Assembly (NCBI GenBank): GCA_036340075.1
Contig: JAYYZJ010000003.1
Span: 1-64,000, forward strand
Origin: Thermodesulfobacteriota bacterium
Lineage (GTDB): Bacteria; Desulfobacterota_D; UBA1144
Direction of reading: 5' to 3'
DNA: 64,000 bases
Both the position numbers and the translations under genes were made by a program. How positions within the stretch are numbered: the stretch's first letter is position 1; the number at the start of each line of letters is the position of its first letter. Below the pieces are notes generated by a model. It was given only the letters and a program-made list of their open reading frames with translations, made no database searches and was not told the origin of the DNA. Shown here one piece after another: positions 62,351-64,000 of the stretch.

Positions 62351-63257
62351 TTATTTCCTAACCAAACTAATAAGTTCTTTCCTGGTATTACTTATAGTAA
62401 CATCTTCGACTTTTGTATTATTAAGAACATTGCCTGGTGGACCTTTTGATAGTGAAAAGAAACTGCCTCCTGCAATTAAAGAGAACATAGAAAAGAAATA
62501 TCAATTAGATCAACCTATTCAGACTCAATATTTGTCTTATATGAAAAATATTTTGCGCTTCGATTTAGGTCCATCTTATTTCTATACAGGAAAAACTGTA
62601 AATGAAATTATTAGCAAGAGCTTTCCTTTTTCATTAAAAATTGGCTCGATGTCTTTAATCTTTACTGTAATTGCATCACTTGGACTGGCAGTTTTTTTGT
62701 TCAGAAGAGAAAACCAACTTAGTTCAAAAATAATCAATCTACTTCTCTATGCCTCGGTTGGTGTTCCTATGTTCCTTTTAGGAGCGGTATTAATAATTTT
62801 CTTTTCGGTTCAATTGTCATTATTTCCTGCTGCATTACTTGAAAAACCTACGAGTTATATTCTTCCTGTTCTTACATTATCAATCCCTTCTATAGCTTTT
62901 CTTACAAAACTTATGGTTGAGACAATGAATGAAACTAATAGTTCTATGTTCGTAAGAAATGCAACGATTAACAACATAGACCCTGGAATTATTCTAAATA
63001 AATATATTGTTAAGAATTCTCTTATACCTTTTATTACAGCAATTGGTCCAATTGCTGCATTTATGATTACAGGCTCATTTGTTGTTGAGAGCATCTATTC
63101 AATTCCGGGTATGGGTAGAATGTTTGTCTTATCAATTATCAACAGAGACTATCCACTAATCTGTGGTTTAACATTAATCTATACTATGATTTTGATATCA
63201 ATAAACATGCTTATAGACTTTATCTATCCTTTTCTTGATAAAAGGATAAAGATTTAA
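62340..63257 (+). CDS. oppB: Oligopeptide ABC transporter permease (OppB type)
   Basis: LPGGPF, FDLGPS, TGSFVVESIYSIPGMG, NRDYP. Confidence 0.88.
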   Translation: MRNNYFLTKLISSFLVLLIVTSSTFVLLRTLPGGPFDSEKKLPPAIKENIEKKYQLDQPIQTQYLSYMKNILRFDLGPSYFYTGKTVNEIISKSFPFSLKIGSMSLIFTVIASLGLAVFLFRRENQLSSKIINLLLYASVGVPMFLLGAVLIIFFSVQLSLFPAALLEKPTSYILPVLTLSIPSIAFLTKLMVETMNETNSSMFVRNATINNIDPGIILNKYIVKNSLIPFITAIGPIAAFMITGSFVVESIYSIPGMGRMFVLSIINRDYPLICGLTLIYTMILISINMLIDFIYPFLDKRIKI

Positions 63258-63258
63258 A

Positions 63259-63996
63259 ATGAATATAAGGATAGATATTGAATATATTGGTACTAATTTT
63301 TTTGGTTGGCAAAAACAAAAAAGGCTCAGGACCATACAAGGTGAAATAGAGAAGTCCGTAAAAAAGATTTTTGGGGAAAAGATTATTGTGTATGGATCAG
63401 GAAGAACTGACAGTGGTGTTCATGCTATTAATCAAGTTGCTAATTTTCATGTAAAAGATGAAAAAAAAATAAATATGATTGGTTTAAAGAATAAGCTGAA
63501 CTCTATTTTGGATAGTGATATAAAAATTAAATCTTGCAATAAAGTTGATGAGAATTTTCATGCACAATATGATTGCAAGGAAAAAGTTTACCTATATAGA
63601 ATCAAGATAAATGAACCTTGTTCGGTTTTCGAAAAGGGAAGAATGTGGTATTTAAAAAAAAGTATAAATACAAAGAAATTGGAAAAGATTTCTTCTGTTT
63701 TTGTTGGTGAAATAGATTTTATAAATTTTTGTAAAACCGGATACTCTGGAGAAAACACTGTAAGAAACTTAAGAAAAATATCAATCAAAGAAAAAAAGAA
63801 TTATATAGATTTCTTCATTACCGGAAATGGTTTTTTAAGAGGAATGGTAAGATTAATAATTGGCTGTTTAATTAATTTTGAAAAAGGGGTGATTCAAAAG
63901 AAAGATGTAGTTCTTGCTTTGAAAAATAAAAAAAGATTAAAATTAAATTATAGTGTTCCAGCAGAAGGTCTCTATCTATATAAGGTAAAATACTAG
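63259..63996 (+). CDS. truA: tRNA pseudouridine(38-40) synthase
   Basis: GWQKQ, SGRTDSGVHA, FHA, GFLRGMVR, PAEGLYL. Confidence 0.96.
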   Translation: MNIRIDIEYIGTNFFGWQKQKRLRTIQGEIEKSVKKIFGEKIIVYGSGRTDSGVHAINQVANFHVKDEKKINMIGLKNKLNSILDSDIKIKSCNKVDENFHAQYDCKEKVYLYRIKINEPCSVFEKGRMWYLKKSINTKKLEKISSVFVGEIDFINFCKTGYSGENTVRNLRKISIKEKKNYIDFFITGNGFLRGMVRLIIGCLINFEKGVIQKKDVVLALKNKKRLKLNYSVPAEGLYLYKVKY

Positions 63997-64000
63997 TATG

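Overview
A very AT-rich, gene-dense bacterial chromosome segment made up almost entirely of housekeeping genes, about 70 CDS. It covers translation (fmt, prfB with its programmed +1 frameshift, efp, rplY-pth, ychF, rpsF-rpsR-rplI, rplU-rpmA, alaS, tyrS, rsmA, rluD, truA, queA) and cell shape (mreBCD-mrdA-rodA, dacB). It also covers metabolism (thiG, nadK, nadE, aroC, argG, hisDC, prs, birA) and energy (membrane pyrophosphatase, a complete sco-caa3-ctaAB oxidase operon). It further holds polA, umuDC, rpoH, degP, two tRNAs and the RNase P RNA. Tiny intergenic spaces and gene order suggest a streamlined aerobic heterotroph, possibly a marine deltaproteobacteria-related lineage such as Dadabacteria; this is inference only. 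I saw no prophage, integrase, transposase, CRISPR array or defence island. The most interesting signals concern translation: an EF-P with a Gln-tipped MQQRSP loop, an L27 with an altered N-terminus, many apparently leaderless genes (-10 box 6-7 nt before ATG), and three reading frames with no suitably placed ATG/GTG/TTG, one of them a small membrane protein missing from the ORF track. Uncharacterised proteins worth follow-up include a four-repeat secreted protein upstream of mreB, a divergent nitroreductase with a coupled partner, and a small PD-(D/E)XK-like protein.
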